A DNA stretch of 64,000 bases from Escherichia coli (GCF_044324785.1 NZ_CP172127.1); one strand, 5' to 3'. Positions 41,797 through 53,618 are shown, numbered from the stretch's first letter. Made by a program: numbers and translations. Notes: generated by a model not told the origin, from the letters alone.

Positions 41797-42240
41797 ATGC
41801 CGTTAAGTCCCTACCTCTCTTTTGCCGGTAACTGTGCCGACGCAATTGCTTATTATCAACGTACGTTGGGCGCTGAACTGCTCTATAAAATCAGCTTCGG
41901 CGAAATGCCAAAATCAGCGCAGGACAGCGCCGAGAACTGCCCTTCCGGAATGCAATTTCCCGATACCGCCATCGCCCACGCCAATGTGCGCATTGCCGGA
42001 AGCGATATCATGATGAGCGATGCTATACCGTCAGGAAAAGCCAGCTACTCCGGCTTTACGCTGGTGCTCGATTCGCAACAGGTCGAAGAAGGGAAACGCT
42101 GGTTTGACAATCTTGCCGCCAACGGAAAAATCGAAATGGCCTGGCAGGAAACTTTCTGGGCGCATGGCTTCGGCAAAGTCACCGATAAATTTGGCGTACC
42201 GTGGATGATTAATGTCGTCAAACAACAACCAACGCACTAA
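41797..42240 (+). CDS. yjdN: YjdN (PhnB), glyoxalase/VOC-like
   Basis: 147 aa. Confidence 0.8.
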   Translation: MPLSPYLSFAGNCADAIAYYQRTLGAELLYKISFGEMPKSAQDSAENCPSGMQFPDTAIAHANVRIAGSDIMMSDAIPSGKASYSGFTLVLDSQQVEEGKRWFDNLAANGKIEMAWQETFWAHGFGKVTDKFGVPWMINVVKQQPTH

Positions 42241-42265
42241 CCCGCCGGGAGGGCCGCCCTCCCGC

Positions 42266-42340
42266 ACTGTCATCGAAATCTCGTTAACTCTTCATCCGTT
42301 AGTCACTTTTAGTTAACAAAATCGTCACAATAATCCGCCA
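42266..42340 (+). promoter_or_regulatory. phnC promoter region with candidate Pho box
   Basis: CTGTCAT-like 7-bp units (ctgtcat, ttagtca, tcgtcac) with AT-rich spacers upstream of phnC. Confidence 0.4.
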
Positions 42341-42372
42341 CGATGGAGCCACTTTTTTAGGGAGGCTGCATC

Positions 42373-43161
42373 ATGCAAACGATTATCCGTGTCGAGAAGC
42401 TCGCCAAAACCTTCAATCAGCATCAGGCGCTGCACGCGGTTGATCTGAACATTCATCACGGTGAAATGGTGGCTCTGCTTGGGCCGTCGGGTTCCGGCAA
42501 ATCCACCCTTTTACGTCACTTAAGCGGTTTGATTACCGGCGATAAATCTGCCGGTAGCCATATCGAGCTGCTGGGCCGCACAGTCCAGCGCGAAGGCCGC
42601 CTGGCACGCGATATCCGCAAAAGCCGCGCCAACACCGGCTACATCTTCCAACAATTCAACCTGGTGAATCGCCTGAGCGTACTGGAGAACGTGCTGATTG
42701 GCGCGCTCGGCAGCACGCCATTCTGGCGCACCTGTTTTAGCTACTTCACCCGCGAGCAGAAACAGCGCGCGTTACAGGCGCTGACCCGCGTTGGCATGGT
42801 GCATTTTGCCCATCAGCGCGTTTCCACCCTCTCCGGCGGGCAACAGCAGCGTGTGGCGATTGCCCGCGCGCTGATGCAGCAGGCGAAGGTGATTCTGGCG
42901 GACGAACCCATCGCCTCGCTGGACCCGGAATCAGCGCGCATCGTGATGGACACCCTGCGCGACATCAACCAGAACGACGGCATTACCGTGGTCGTCACGC
43001 TGCATCAGGTGGATTACGCCCTGCGCTACTGCGAACGCATCGTCGCCCTGCGCCAGGGGCACGTCTTCTACGACGGCAGCAGCCAACAGTTTGATAACGA
43101 ACGCTTTGATCATCTCTATCGCAGCATCAACCGCGTCGAAGAGAACGCGAAAGCTGCCTGA
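42373..43161 (+). CDS. phnC: Phosphonate ABC transporter ATPase
   Basis: 262 aa; Walker [10 protein letters not shown]. Confidence 0.9.
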   Translation: MQTIIRVEKLAKTFNQHQALHAVDLNIHHGEMVALLGPSGSGKSTLLRHLSGLITGDKSAGSHIELLGRTVQREGRLARDIRKSRANTGYIFQQFNLVNRLSVLENVLIGALGSTPFWRTCFSYFTREQKQRALQALTRVGMVHFAHQRVSTLSGGQQQRVAIARALMQQAKVILADEPIASLDPESARIVMDTLRDINQNDGITVVVTLHQVDYALRYCERIVALRQGHVFYDGSSQQFDNERFDHLYRSINRVEENAKAA

Positions 43162-43185
43162 CATCCCCATCATTGAGGAAAACGA

Positions 43186-44202
43186 ATGAACGCTAAGATA
43201 ATTGCCTCGCTGGCCTTCACCAGCATGTTCAGCCTCAGCACCCTGTTAAGCCCGGCGCACGCCGAAGAGCAGGAAAAGGCGCTGAATTTCGGCATTATTT
43301 CAACGGAATCACAGCAAAACCTGAAACCGCAATGGACGCCGTTCTTACAGGATATGGAGAAGAAGCTGGGCGTAAAGGTCAACGCCTTCTTTGCCCCGGA
43401 CTACGCGGGCATTATCCAGGGGATGCGCTTCAATAAAGTGGATATCGCCTGGTACGGCAACCTGTCTGCGATGGAAGCGGTGGATCGCGCCAACGGTCAG
43501 GTCTTCGCCCAGACAGTCGCGGCGGATGGATCGCCAGGTTACTGGAGCGTGTTGATCGTCAACAAAGACAGTCCGATCAACAACCTGAACGATCTGCTGG
43601 CGAAGCGTAAAAATCTCACCTTTGGCAATGGCGATCCTAACTCCACCTCTGGCTTCCTCGTCCCCGGCTACTACGTCTTCGCCAAAAACAATATCTCCGC
43701 CAGCGACTTCAAGCGCACCGTCAACGCCGGGCATGAAACCAACGCGCTGGCCGTCGCCAACAAGCAGGTGGATGTGGCGACCAACAACACCGAGAACCTC
43801 GACAAGTTGAAAACCTCCGCACCGGAGAAGCTCAAAGAGCTGAAAGTGATCTGGAAATCGCCGCTGATCCCAGGCGATCCGATCGTCTGGCGCAAAAATC
43901 TGTCCGAAACCACCAAAGACAAGATCTACGACTTCTTTATGAACTACGGCAAAACGCCGGAAGAGAAAGCGGTGCTGGAGCGCCTGGGATGGGCCCCGTT
44001 CCGCGCCTCCAGCGACCTGCAACTGGTGCCGATTCGCCAACTCGCACTGTTTAAAGAGATGCAGGGCGTAAAAGGTAATAAAGGGCTGAATGAGCAGGAC
44101 AAGCTGGCAAAAACCAGCGCCATTCAGGCGCAACTGGATGACCTGGACCGCCTGAACAACGCGTTAAGCGCGATGAGTTCGGTGAGTAAAGCGGTGCAGT
44201 AA
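43186..44202 (+). CDS. phnD: Phosphonate ABC transporter periplasmic binding protein
   Basis: 338 aa with signal peptide. Confidence 0.9.
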   Translation: MNAKIIASLAFTSMFSLSTLLSPAHAEEQEKALNFGIISTESQQNLKPQWTPFLQDMEKKLGVKVNAFFAPDYAGIIQGMRFNKVDIAWYGNLSAMEAVDRANGQVFAQTVAADGSPGYWSVLIVNKDSPINNLNDLLAKRKNLTFGNGDPNSTSGFLVPGYYVFAKNNISASDFKRTVNAGHETNALAVANKQVDVATNNTENLDKLKTSAPEKLKELKVIWKSPLIPGDPIVWRKNLSETTKDKIYDFFMNYGKTPEEKAVLERLGWAPFRASSDLQLVPIRQLALFKEMQGVKGNKGLNEQDKLAKTSAIQAQLDDLDRLNNALSAMSSVSKAVQ

Positions 44203-44209
44203 ATCGTAA

Positions 44210-44292
44210 GTCGGATAAGACGCCACGGCGTCGCATCCGACAATGTGCAGACGTTGATGCCGGATGCGGTGCAAGCACCTTATCCGGCCTAC
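44210..44292. repeat. REP/BIME palindromic repeat cluster
   Basis: gtcggataagacgccacggcgtcgcatccgac and gccggatgcggtgcaagcaccttatccggc. Confidence 0.5.
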
Positions 44293-44307
44293 AGACCGGA
44301 GCCAAAC

Positions 44308-45087
44308 ATGCAAACCATCACCATCGCCCCACCCAAGCGCAGCTGGTTCTCGCTTCTGAGCTGGGCCGTTGTTCTCGCCGTGCTGGTCGTCTCGTGGCAG
44401 GGCGCGGAAATGGCCCCGCTCACGCTTATCAAAGACGGCGGCAACATGGCGACGTTCGCCGCCGACTTCTTCCCGCCCGATTTCAGCCAGTGGCAGGATT
44501 ACCTCACCGAAATGGCCGTCACGCTGCAAATCGCCGTCTGGGGCACCGCGCTGGCGGTGGTTCTCTCCATCCCCTTTGGCCTGATGAGCGCCGAAAACCT
44601 GGTGCCGTGGTGGGTTTACCAGCCCGTACGCCGCCTGATGGACGCCTGCCGCGCCATTAACGAGATGGTCTTCGCCATGCTGTTCGTGGTCGCCGTCGGT
44701 CTCGGTCCGTTCGCTGGCGTACTGGCGCTGTTTATCCACACCACCGGCGTGCTCTCCAAACTGCTTTCCGAAGCGGTAGAAGCAATTGAACCCGGTCCGG
44801 TGGAAGGTATTCGCGCCACCGGTGCCAACAAGCTCGAAGAGATCCTCTACGGCGTGCTGCCGCAGGTGATGCCGCTGCTGATCTCCTACTCCCTCTATCG
44901 CTTCGAATCCAACGTCCGTTCGGCCACCGTTGTTGGCATGGTCGGCGCGGGCGGGATCGGCGTCACCCTGTGGGAAGCGATTCGCGGTTTCCAGTTCCAG
45001 CAAACCTGCGCCCTGATGGTGCTGATTATCGTCACGGTCAGCCTGCTGGATTTCCTCTCTCAACGGTTGCGTAAGCACTTTATCTGA
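44308..45087 (+). CDS. phnE: Phosphonate ABC transporter permease, intact reading frame
   Basis: 259 aa continuous ORF from [10 protein letters not shown]. Confidence 0.85.
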
Positions 45088-45107
45088 TAAGCGAGGCATT
45101 GATATCT

Positions 45108-45833
45108 ATGCACTTGTCTACACATCCGACCAGCTACCCAACACGCTATCAGGAGATAGCCGCAAAACTTGAGCAGGAGCTTCGTCAACACTACCGCTGC
45201 GGCGACTATCTTCCCGCCGAGCAGCAACTGGCGGCGCGCTTTGAGGTGAACCGCCACACCCTGCGCCGCGCCATCGACCAACTGGTGGAAAAAGGCTGGG
45301 TACAGCGCCGTCAGGGCGTCGGCGTGCTGGTGCTGATGCGCCCGTTCGATTACCCGCTCAACGCCCAGGCGCGTTTTAGCCAGAACCTGCTGGATCAGGG
45401 CAGCCATCCCACCAGCGAAAAACTGCTGTCTGTGCTGCGCCCGGCCTCCGGTCACGTCGCTGACGCGCTGGGGATAACCGAGGGCGAGAACGTTATCCAC
45501 CTGCGCACCCTGCGCCGGGTCAACGGCGTCGCGCTCTGTTTAATCGACCACTACTTTGCGGACCTCACCCTCTGGCCGACGCTGCAACGCTTCGACAGCG
45601 GCTCGCTGCACGATTTTCTGCGCGAGCAAACGGGGATTGCGCTGCGCCGCAGCCAGACGCGGATCAGCGCCCGCCGCGCCCAGGCCAAAGAGTGCCAGCG
45701 TCTTGAAATCCCGAATATGTCGCCGTTGCTGTGCGTGCGCACCCTTAACCACCATGACGGTGAAAGCAGCCCGGCGGAGTACTCCGTCAGCCTGACGCGC
45801 GCCGACATGATTGAATTCACTATGGAGCACTGA
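45108..45833 (+). CDS. phnF: GntR-family repressor of the phn operon
   Basis: 241 aa from MHLSTHPTSY. Confidence 0.9.
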   Translation: MHLSTHPTSYPTRYQEIAAKLEQELRQHYRCGDYLPAEQQLAARFEVNRHTLRRAIDQLVEKGWVQRRQGVGVLVLMRPFDYPLNAQARFSQNLLDQGSHPTSEKLLSVLRPASGHVADALGITEGENVIHLRTLRRVNGVALCLIDHYFADLTLWPTLQRFDSGSLHDFLREQTGIALRRSQTRISARRAQAKECQRLEIPNMSPLLCVRTLNHHDGESSPAEYSVSLTRADMIEFTMEH

Positions 45834-46286
45834 ATGCACGCAGATACCGCGACCCGCCAGCACTGGATGTCCGTACTGGCACACAGCCAACCGGCTGAAC
45901 TGGCAGCCCGCCTGAAGGCGCTGAACATCACCGCCGACTATGAGGTGATCCGCGCCGCCGAAACTGGCCTGGTGCAGATTCAGGCGCGGATGGGTGGCAC
46001 CGGCGAACGCTTTTTTGCTGGCGACGCCACGCTCACCCGCGCCGCCGTACGCCTGACTGACGGCACGCTCGGCTACAGCTGGGTGCTGGGGCGCGACAAA
46101 CAGCACGCCGAACGCTGCGCGCTGATCGACGCGCTGATGCAGCAAACCCGCCATTTTCAAAACTTATCAGAAACTCTTATTGCCCCGCTGGACGCTGACC
46201 GTATGGCACGCATTGCCGCACGCCAGGCCGAAGTGAACGCCAGCCGGGTCGACTTCTTTACGATGGTTCGCGGAGACAACGCATGA
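45834..46286 (+). CDS. phnG: C-P lyase system protein PhnG
   Basis: 150 aa; operon order. Confidence 0.9.
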   Translation: MHADTATRQHWMSVLAHSQPAELAARLKALNITADYEVIRAAETGLVQIQARMGGTGERFFAGDATLTRAAVRLTDGTLGYSWVLGRDKQHAERCALIDALMQQTRHFQNLSETLIAPLDADRMARIAARQAEVNASRVDFFTMVRGDNA

Positions 46287-46867
46287 CCCTGGAAACCGCT
46301 TTTATGCTTCCCGTGCAGGATGCCCAGCACAGTTTTCGTCGCCTGTTAAAGGCCATGAGCGAGCCGGGCGTGATTGTCGCCCTGCATCAGCTCAAGCGCG
46401 GCTGGCAGCCGCTGAATATCGCCACCACCAGCGTGCTGCTGACGCTGGCCGATAACGACACGCCGGTGTGGCTTTCTGCGCCATTAAGTAACGATATCGT
46501 CAGCCAGAGCCTGCGTTTTCATACCAACGCGCCGCTGGTCAGCCAGCCGGAACAGGCGACCTTCGCGGTAACGGATGAGGCGATTTCCAGCGAACAGCTC
46601 AACGCCCTTTCCACCGGCACCGCCGTTGCGCCAGAAGCGGGCGCGACGCTGATTTTACAGGTCGCCAGCCTGAGCGGCGGGCGCATGCTGCGCCTTACTG
46701 GCGCGGGCATTGCCGAAGAACGAATGATCGCCCCGCAGCTGCCAGAGTGCATTCTGCACGAACTCACCGAGCGCCCGCACCCGTTCCCGCTCGGCATCGA
46801 CCTGATCCTGACCTGCGGCGAGCGCCTGCTGGCTATCCCACGAACCACTCATGTGGAGGTGTGCTGA
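46283..46867 (+). CDS. phnH: C-P lyase system protein PhnH
   Basis: 194 aa; overlapping stop/start with neighbours. Confidence 0.9.
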   Translation: MTLETAFMLPVQDAQHSFRRLLKAMSEPGVIVALHQLKRGWQPLNIATTSVLLTLADNDTPVWLSAPLSNDIVSQSLRFHTNAPLVSQPEQATFAVTDEAISSEQLNALSTGTAVAPEAGATLILQVASLSGGRMLRLTGAGIAEERMIAPQLPECILHELTERPHPFPLGIDLILTCGERLLAIPRTTHVEVC

Positions 46868-47931
46868 TGTACGTTGCCGTGAAAGGGGGCGAGAAGGCGA
46901 TCGACGCCGCCCACGCCCTGCAAGAGAGCCGACGCCGGGGCGATACCGATTTGCCCGAACTGAGCGTCGCCCAGATTGAACAGCAGCTTAACCTCGCGGT
47001 AGATCGCGTGATGACCGAAGGCGGCATTGCCGACCGCGAACTGGCGGCGCTGGCGCTGAAACAGGCCAGCGGCGATAACGTCGAAGCAATTTTCCTGCTG
47101 CGCGCCTACCGCACCACGCTGGCGAAGCTCGCGGTAAGCGAGCCGCTCGACACCACGGAGATGCGTCTCGAACGGCGTATTTCAGCGGTTTATAAAGATA
47201 TTCCCGGCGGCCAGCTGCTTGGCCCAACCTACGACTACACCCATCGCCTGCTCGATTTCACCCTGCTGGCAAACGGCGAAGCGCCGACGCTGACCACAGC
47301 CGACAGCGAACAACAGCCGTCGCCGCACGTTTTCAGCCTGCTGGCGCGTCAGGGGCTGGCGAAGTTTGAAGAAGATAGCGGCGCACAGCCGGACGACATC
47401 ACCCGCACGCCGCCGGTTTACCCCTGCTCACGCTCCTCCCGCCTGCAACAATTAATGCGCGGCGACGAAGGCTATTTGCTGGCACTGGCCTACTCCACCC
47501 AGCGTGGTTACGGACGCAATCATCCGTTCGCAGGCGAAATCCGCAGTGGCTATATCGACGTGTCGATTGTGCCGGAAGAGCTGGGATTTGCGGTGAACGT
47601 CGGCGAACTGCTGATGACCGAATGTGAAATGGTCAACGGTTTTATCGACCCGCCGGATGAGCCGCCGCACTTCACGCGCGGCTACGGGCTGGTGTTCGGC
47701 ATGAGCGAGCGCAAAGCGATGGCGATGGCGCTGGTTGACCGCGCTCTGCAAGCCCCGGAGTACGGCGAGCACGCGACAGGCCCGGCGCAGGATGAAGAGT
47801 TCGTGCTGGCGCATGCCGACAACGTCGAAGCCGCAGGCTTTGTCTCGCACCTTAAACTCCCGCACTACGTCGATTTCCAGGCCGAACTGGAGCTACTCAA
47901 ACGTCTGCAACAGGAGCAGAACCATGGCTAA
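46867..47931 (+). CDS. phnI: C-P lyase system protein PhnI
   Basis: 354 aa from [14 protein letters not shown] track start at 46747 is an upstream extension. Confidence 0.9.
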   Translation: MYVAVKGGEKAIDAAHALQESRRRGDTDLPELSVAQIEQQLNLAVDRVMTEGGIADRELAALALKQASGDNVEAIFLLRAYRTTLAKLAVSEPLDTTEMRLERRISAVYKDIPGGQLLGPTYDYTHRLLDFTLLANGEAPTLTTADSEQQPSPHVFSLLARQGLAKFEEDSGAQPDDITRTPPVYPCSRSSRLQQLMRGDEGYLLALAYSTQRGYGRNHPFAGEIRSGYIDVSIVPEELGFAVNVGELLMTECEMVNGFIDPPDEPPHFTRGYGLVFGMSERKAMAMALVDRALQAPEYGEHATGPAQDEEFVLAHADNVEAAGFVSHLKLPHYVDFQAELELLKRLQQEQNHG

Positions 47932-48769
47932 TCTGAGCGGCTACAACTTTGCCTACCTCGACGAGCAGACCAAACGCATGATCCGCCGCGCCATCTTAAA
48001 AGCGGTGGCGATCCCCGGTTATCAGGTGCCGTTTGGCGGGCGCGAGATGCCGATGCCATACGGCTGGGGAACTGGTGGTATCCAGCTTACCGCCAGCGTG
48101 ATTGGCGAAAGCGACGTGTTGAAGGTGATTGACCAGGGCGCGGATGACACCACCAACGCCGTGTCGATTCGCAACTTCTTTAAGCGCGTGACCGGGGTAA
48201 ACACCACTGAACGTACGGACGATGCGACGCTTATCCAGACGCGTCACCGCATCCCCGAAACGCCGCTGACCGAAGATCAGATCATTATCTTCCAGGTGCC
48301 AATCCCGGAACCGCTGCGCTTTATCGAGCCGCGCGAAACGGAAACCCGCACTATGCACGCGCTGGAGGAGTACGGCGTGATGCAGGTGAAACTGTATGAA
48401 GATATCGCCCGCTTCGGTCATATCGCCACCACTTATGCCTATCCGGTGAAGGTGAACGGGCGCTACGTGATGGACCCGTCGCCGATCCCGAAATTCGATA
48501 ACCCCAAAATGGACATGATGCCCGCCCTGCAGCTGTTCGGCGCAGGACGCGAGAAGCGCATCTATGCGGTGCCGCCGTTTACCCGCGTGGAAAGCCTCGA
48601 TTTCGACGATCACCCGTTCACCGTTCAACAGTGGGATGAGCCGTGCGCCATCTGCGGATCGACCCACAGCTATCTCGACGAAGTGGTACTGGATGACGCC
48701 GGAAACCGCATGTTTGTCTGCTCCGATACCGATTATTGCCGCCAACAGAGCGAGGCAAAAAACCAATGA
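47924..48769 (+). CDS. phnJ: C-P lyase catalytic subunit PhnJ
   Basis: 281 aa from MANLSGYNFAYLDEQ; C-terminal Cys cluster. Confidence 0.9.
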   Translation: MANLSGYNFAYLDEQTKRMIRRAILKAVAIPGYQVPFGGREMPMPYGWGTGGIQLTASVIGESDVLKVIDQGADDTTNAVSIRNFFKRVTGVNTTERTDDATLIQTRHRIPETPLTEDQIIIFQVPIPEPLRFIEPRETETRTMHALEEYGVMQVKLYEDIARFGHIATTYAYPVKVNGRYVMDPSPIPKFDNPKMDMMPALQLFGAGREKRIYAVPPFTRVESLDFDDHPFTVQQWDEPCAICGSTHSYLDEVVLDDAGNRMFVCSDTDYCRQQSEAKNQ

Positions 48770-49524
48770 ATCAACCGTTACTTTCGGTCAATAACCTGAC
48801 CCACCTTTACGCGCCGGGCAAAGGCTTTAGCGATGTCTCTTTTGATTTATGGCCGGGGGAAGTGCTGGGCATCGTCGGGGAGTCCGGCTCCGGGAAGACC
48901 ACGCTGCTGAAATCAATCTCCGCGCGCCTGACGCCGCAGCAGGGGGAGATTCGCTATGAAAACCGCTCCCTCTATGGCATGAGCGAAGCCGACCGCCGCC
49001 GTTTACTGCGCACCGAATGGGGCGTGGTACATCAGCATCCGCTCGACGGCCTGCGCCGCCAGGTGTCGGCAGGCGGCAATATCGGCGAGCGGCTGATGGC
49101 GACCGGGGCGCGTCATTACGGCGACATCCGCGCCACCGCGCAGAAGTGGCTGGAGGAGGTGGAGATTCCCTCCAACCGGATCGACGACCTGCCGACCACC
49201 TTTTCCGGCGGTATGCAGCAACGTTTGCAGATTGCCCGCAACCTGGTGACGCATCCGAAGCTGGTGTTTATGGACGAGCCAACCGGCGGGCTGGATGTAT
49301 CGGTACAGGCGCGCCTGCTCGATCTGCTGCGCGGTCTGGTGGTGGAGCTGAATCTGGCGGTGGTGATTGTCACCCACGATCTGGGCGTCGCCCGCCTGCT
49401 GGCGGACCGTTTGCTGGTGATGAAACAGGGGCAAGTGGTGGAGAGTGGGTTAACCGACCGCGTGCTCGACGACCCGCATCATCCGTATACCCAGCTGCTG
49501 GTGTCATCGGTTTTGCAGAATTGA
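48766..49524 (+). CDS. phnK: C-P lyase system ATP-binding protein PhnK
   Basis: 252 aa from MNQPLLSVNNL; Walker A GESGSGKTT. Confidence 0.9.
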   Translation: MNQPLLSVNNLTHLYAPGKGFSDVSFDLWPGEVLGIVGESGSGKTTLLKSISARLTPQQGEIRYENRSLYGMSEADRRRLLRTEWGVVHQHPLDGLRRQVSAGGNIGERLMATGARHYGDIRATAQKWLEEVEIPSNRIDDLPTTFSGGMQQRLQIARNLVTHPKLVFMDEPTGGLDVSVQARLLDLLRGLVVELNLAVVIVTHDLGVARLLADRLLVMKQGQVVESGLTDRVLDDPHHPYTQLLVSSVLQN

Positions 49525-49530
49525 GCCAGT

Positions 49531-49612
49531 GCCGGATACGGCGTAAACGCCTTATCCGGCCGACAAATGCGCTCCCCGTAGGTCGGATAAGACACGTCAG
49601 CGTCGCATCCGA
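49531..49612. repeat. REP/BIME palindromic repeat cluster between phnK and phnL
   Basis: gccggatacggcgtaaacgccttatccggc and gtcggataagacacgtcagcgtcgcatccgac. Confidence 0.5.
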
Positions 49613-49634
49613 CACCTGAACCACGAGGCGAAAA

Positions 49635-50315
49635 ATGATTAACGTACAAAACGTCAGTAAAACCTTCATCCTGCACCAGCAAAACGGCGTGCGCCTGCCC
49701 GTCTTACAACGTGCCTCGCTCACCGTCAACGCAGGCGAATGCGTGGTGCTTCACGGCCACTCCGGCAGCGGAAAATCAACCCTGCTGCGCTCGCTGTACG
49801 CCAACTATCTGCCCGACGAAGGGCAAATCCAGATCAAACACGGTGACGAATGGGTCGATCTGGTCACCGCGCCAGCGCGCAAAGTGGTGGAGATCCGCAA
49901 AACCACCATCGGCTGGGTGAGCCAGTTTCTGCGCGTCATCCCGCGTATTTCGGCACTGGAAGTGGTGATGCAGCCGCTGCTCGATACCGGCGTACCGCGT
50001 GAAGCCTGCGCCGCTAAAGCCGCCCGATTACTGACGCGCCTGAACGTGCCTGAACGCCTGTGGCACCTGGCACCATCGACCTTCTCCGGCGGCGAACAGC
50101 AGCGCGTCAACATCGCGCGCGGTTTTATCGTCGACTATCCGATTCTGCTGCTGGATGAACCCACCGCCTCGCTGGACGCTAAAAACAGCGCCGCGGTGGT
50201 GGAACTAATTCGCGAAGCCAAAGCCCGTGGCGCGGCCATCGTCGGTATCTTCCATGACGAAGCCGTACGCAATGACGTCGCCGACCGCCTGCACCCAATG
50301 GGAGTCTCTTCATGA
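49635..50315 (+). CDS. phnL: C-P lyase system ATP-binding protein PhnL
   Basis: 226 aa; Walker [10 protein letters not shown]. Confidence 0.9.
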   Translation: MINVQNVSKTFILHQQNGVRLPVLQRASLTVNAGECVVLHGHSGSGKSTLLRSLYANYLPDEGQIQIKHGDEWVDLVTAPARKVVEIRKTTIGWVSQFLRVIPRISALEVVMQPLLDTGVPREACAAKAARLLTRLNVPERLWHLAPSTFSGGEQQRVNIARGFIVDYPILLLDEPTASLDAKNSAAVVELIREAKARGAAIVGIFHDEAVRNDVADRLHPMGVSS

Positions 50316-51448
50316 TTATCAATAACGTCAAACTGGTGCTGGAAAACGAAGTGGTGCACGGTTCACTGGAAGTACAGGATGGCGAAATTCGCGCCTTTGC
50401 CGAAAGCCAGAGCCGCCAGCCGGAAGCGATGGACGGCGAAGGTGGCTGGCTACTACCCGGCCTGATTGAGCTGCATACCGACAACCTCGATAAATTCTTC
50501 ACCCCGCGCCCGAAAGTCGACTGGCCCGCCCATTCGGCGATGAGCAGCCACGACGCGCTGATGGTGGCAAGCGGCATCACCACCGTACTGGACGCCGTGG
50601 CGATTGGTGATGTGCGCGACGGCGGCGATCGGCTGGAGAATCTGGAGAAGATGATCAACGCCATCGAAGAGACGCAGAAACGCGGCGTCAACCGCGCCGA
50701 GCACCGCCTGCACCTGCGCTGCGAACTGCCGCACCACACCACGTTGCCGCTGTTTGAAAAACTGGTGCAGCGCGAACCGGTGACGCTGGTATCGCTGATG
50801 GACCACTCGCCAGGCCAGCGCCAGTTCGCCAATCGCGAGAAGTATCGCGAATATTATCAGGGCAAATATTCCCTCACCGATGCGCAGATGCAGCAGTACG
50901 AAGAAGAGCAATTGGCGCTCGCCGCACGCTGGTCACAACCTAATCGCGAAACCATCGCCGCAATGTGCCGCGCGCGACACATTGCCCTCGCCAGCCACGA
51001 TGACGCCACGCACGCCCACGTTGCCGAATCCCACCAGCTTGGCAGCGTGATCGCCGAATTTCCCACTACGTTCGAAGCGGCACAAGCCTCGCGCAAGCAT
51101 GGCATGAACGTGCTGATGGGCGCGCCGAATATCGTGCGCGGCGGTTCGCACTCCGGCAACGTGGCGGCCAGTGAACTGGCGCAGCTTGGCCTGCTGGATA
51201 TCCTCTCTTCCGACTACTACCCCGCCAGCCTGCTCGATGCGGCATTTCGCGTCGCCGATGACGAGAGCAACCGCTTTACGCTGCCGCAGGCGGTGAAGCT
51301 GGTGACTAAAAATCCGGCGCAGGCGCTTAATCTTCAGGATCGCGGGGTGATTGGCGAGGGCAAACGCGCCGACCTGGTGCTGGCGCATCGCAAGGGCAAC
51401 CACATTCATATCGACCACGTCTGGCGTCAGGGTAAAAGGGTGTTCTGA
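50312..51448 (+). CDS. phnM: PhnM, amidohydrolase-family protein of the C-P lyase pathway
   Basis: 378 aa. Confidence 0.9.
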   Translation: MIINNVKLVLENEVVHGSLEVQDGEIRAFAESQSRQPEAMDGEGGWLLPGLIELHTDNLDKFFTPRPKVDWPAHSAMSSHDALMVASGITTVLDAVAIGDVRDGGDRLENLEKMINAIEETQKRGVNRAEHRLHLRCELPHHTTLPLFEKLVQREPVTLVSLMDHSPGQRQFANREKYREYYQGKYSLTDAQMQQYEEEQLALAARWSQPNRETIAAMCRARHIALASHDDATHAHVAESHQLGSVIAEFPTTFEAAQASRKHGMNVLMGAPNIVRGGSHSGNVAASELAQLGLLDILSSDYYPASLLDAAFRVADDESNRFTLPQAVKLVTKNPAQALNLQDRGVIGEGKRADLVLAHRKGNHIHIDHVWRQGKRVF

Positions 51449-52005
51449 TGACGGGAAAACTGATTTGGTTAATGGGGGCCTCTGGCTCCGGAAAAGACAG
51501 TCTGTTGACGGAACTCCGCCAGCGGGAACAAACTCAGTTACTGGTGGCGCATCGCTACATCACGCGCGATGCCAGCGCCGGAAGCGAAAATCATATCGCC
51601 CTGAGCGAGCAGGAGTTTTTTACCCGCGCGGGGCAAAATCTGCTGGCCTTAAGCTGGCACGCCAACGGCCTGTATTATGGCATCGGCGTCGAGATTGACC
51701 TCTGGCTGCACGCTGGATTTGACGTGGTGGTCAACGGCTCACGCGCCCATCTGCCGCAGGCGCGGGCGCGCTATCAATCGGCGCTGCTGCCCGTTTGTTT
51801 ACAGGTTTCGCCAGAGATCCTGCGCCAGCGCCTGGAAAACCGTGGTCGTGAAAATGCCAGTGAAATTAACGCCCGACTAGCACGCGCTGCCCGCTATACT
51901 CCTCAGGATTGCCATACGCTCAATAATGACGGCAGCCTGCGCCAGTCGGTCGACACGCTGCTGACGCTGATTCATCAGAAGGAGAAACACCATGCCTGCT
52001 TGTGA
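51448..52005 (+). CDS. phnN: Ribose 1,5-bisphosphate phosphokinase PhnN
   Basis: 185 aa; P-loop GASGSGKDS. Confidence 0.9.
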
Positions 52006-52426
52006 GCTTCGCCCGGCTACGCAGTACGACACCGACGCAGTTTACGCGCTGATTTGTGAGCTAAAACAGGCGGAGTTTGACCACCACGCGTTTCGCGTGG
52101 GCTTTAACGCCAACCTGCGCGACCCAAACATGCGCTACCATCTGGCGCTACTGGATGGCGAAGTTGTCGGCATGATCGGCCTGCATTTGCAGTTTCATCT
52201 GCATCATGTCAACTGGATCGGCGAAATTCAGGAGTTGGTGGTGATGCCGCAGGCGCGCGGCCTGAACGTCGGTAGCAAGTTGCTGGCGTGGGCAGAAGAA
52301 GAAGCCCGCCAGGCCGGGGCCGAAATGACCGAGCTTTCGACCAACGTGAAGCGCCACGACGCGCACCGTTTCTATCTGCGAGAAGGCTACGAGCAGAGTC
52401 ACTTCCGCTTCACCAAGGCGCTGTAA
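51992..52426 (+). CDS. phnO: Aminoalkylphosphonate N-acetyltransferase PhnO
   Basis: 144 aa GNAT. Confidence 0.9.
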
Positions 52427-52427
52427 C

Positions 52428-53186
52428 ATGAGCCTGACCCTCACACTTACTGGCACTGGCGGCGCACAGGGCGTTCCCGCATGGGGCTGTGAGTGCGTGG
52501 CCTGCGTCAGAGCGCGGCGCTCACCGCAGTATCGCCGCCAGCCATGTAGCGGCGTCGTGAAGTTTAACGACGCGATCACCCTGATCGACGCCGGGCTGCA
52601 CGATCTCGCCGATCGCTGGTCGCCCGGATCGTTCCAGCAGTTTTTGCTGACGCACTACCATATGGATCACGTGCAGGGACTGTTTCCGCTGCGCTGGGGC
52701 GTGGGCGATCAGATCCCGGTCTACGGCCCGCCGGATGAACAGGGCTGCGACGATCTGTTTAAACATTCGGGCCTGCTTGATTTCAGCCACACGGTGGAGC
52801 CATTTGTGATGTTTGATTTGCAGGGATTACAGGTCACGCCGCTGCCGCTCAACCATTCGAAACTCACTTTCGGCTATCTACTGGAAACGGCACATAGCCG
52901 GGTGGCGTGGCTGTCTGACACCGCAGGCCTGCCGGAAAAAACGCTGAAATTTTTACGCAATAATCAGCCACAGGTAATGGTGATTGATTGCAGCCACCCA
53001 CCGCGCGAGGATGCACCGCGTAATCACTGTGATTTAAATACCGTGCTTGCGCTGAATCAGGTTATCCGCTCGCCACGGGTGATTCTGACTCATATCAGCC
53101 ACCAGTTTGATGCGTGGCTGATGGAAAACGCACTGCCGTCGGGGTTTGAGGCGGGGTTTGATGGGATGGAGATTGGGGTGGCGTGA
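52428..53186 (+). CDS. phnP: PhnP, metallo-beta-lactamase-fold phosphodiesterase
   Basis: 252 aa; HYHMDH motif. Confidence 0.9.
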   Translation: MSLTLTLTGTGGAQGVPAWGCECVACVRARRSPQYRRQPCSGVVKFNDAITLIDAGLHDLADRWSPGSFQQFLLTHYHMDHVQGLFPLRWGVGDQIPVYGPPDEQGCDDLFKHSGLLDFSHTVEPFVMFDLQGLQVTPLPLNHSKLTFGYLLETAHSRVAWLSDTAGLPEKTLKFLRNNQPQVMVIDCSHPPREDAPRNHCDLNTVLALNQVIRSPRVILTHISHQFDAWLMENALPSGFEAGFDGMEIGVA

Positions 53187-53220
53187 TGGGTGAGGGGCGA
53201 TGCCTGCTCTAAACTCAACA

Positions 53221-53550
53221 TCACCGCCCATACTCATCTTCCATTCTCCGCTCTTCATCCTCCAGTTGCCGACGCTCCTGATCAAGCTGGCGCTGGCGAT
53301 CGTCCAGCTGCCTGCGGCGATCTTCAAACTGGCGGCGGCGATCGTCATATTGTCTGCGCCGATCGTCGTTCACTTCACGCTGCCAGCCGTCGTCGCGCGA
53401 ATCTTCATAGTCTCGCCCACGGTCAGGGTTATAAGCATCGTTAATCGCCTGCTGAATATTGCCAATGGTGTCGTCGATAATATCGGCCTGGGCCGGAACG
53501 GTGGACAGCGTGAGCAGGGTGAATAAAAGAAATAGCGGAAAACGTTTCAT
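53221..53550 (-). CDS. yjdP: Secreted Arg/Asp-rich protein YjdP
   Basis: 109 aa with signal peptide and DRRRQ repeats. Confidence 0.8.
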   Translation of the reverse strand: MKRFPLFLLFTLLTLSTVPAQADIIDDTIGNIQQAINDAYNPDRGRDYEDSRDDGWQREVNDDRRRQYDDRRRQFEDRRRQLDDRQRQLDQERRQLEDEERRMEDEYGR

Positions 53551-53618
53551 TAGCCAACCTCAAAAAGAAACTCTATCCACATTAGTCATTACTCATCCAT
53601 GCAAGTAGTGGATGAATC

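Noticed and set aside
43345-46160. Several 200-310-aa minus-strand ORFs across phnD-phnG, and similar ones in phnI-phnM and fdhF
   Set aside because: GC-rich coding regions generate long stop-free antisense frames; all overlap recognised phn or fdhF genes
49017-49619. 200-aa plus-strand ORF in an alternative frame of phnK
   Set aside because: Arg/Gly/Ala/Pro-rich off-frame product; the phnK frame carries the Walker A motif
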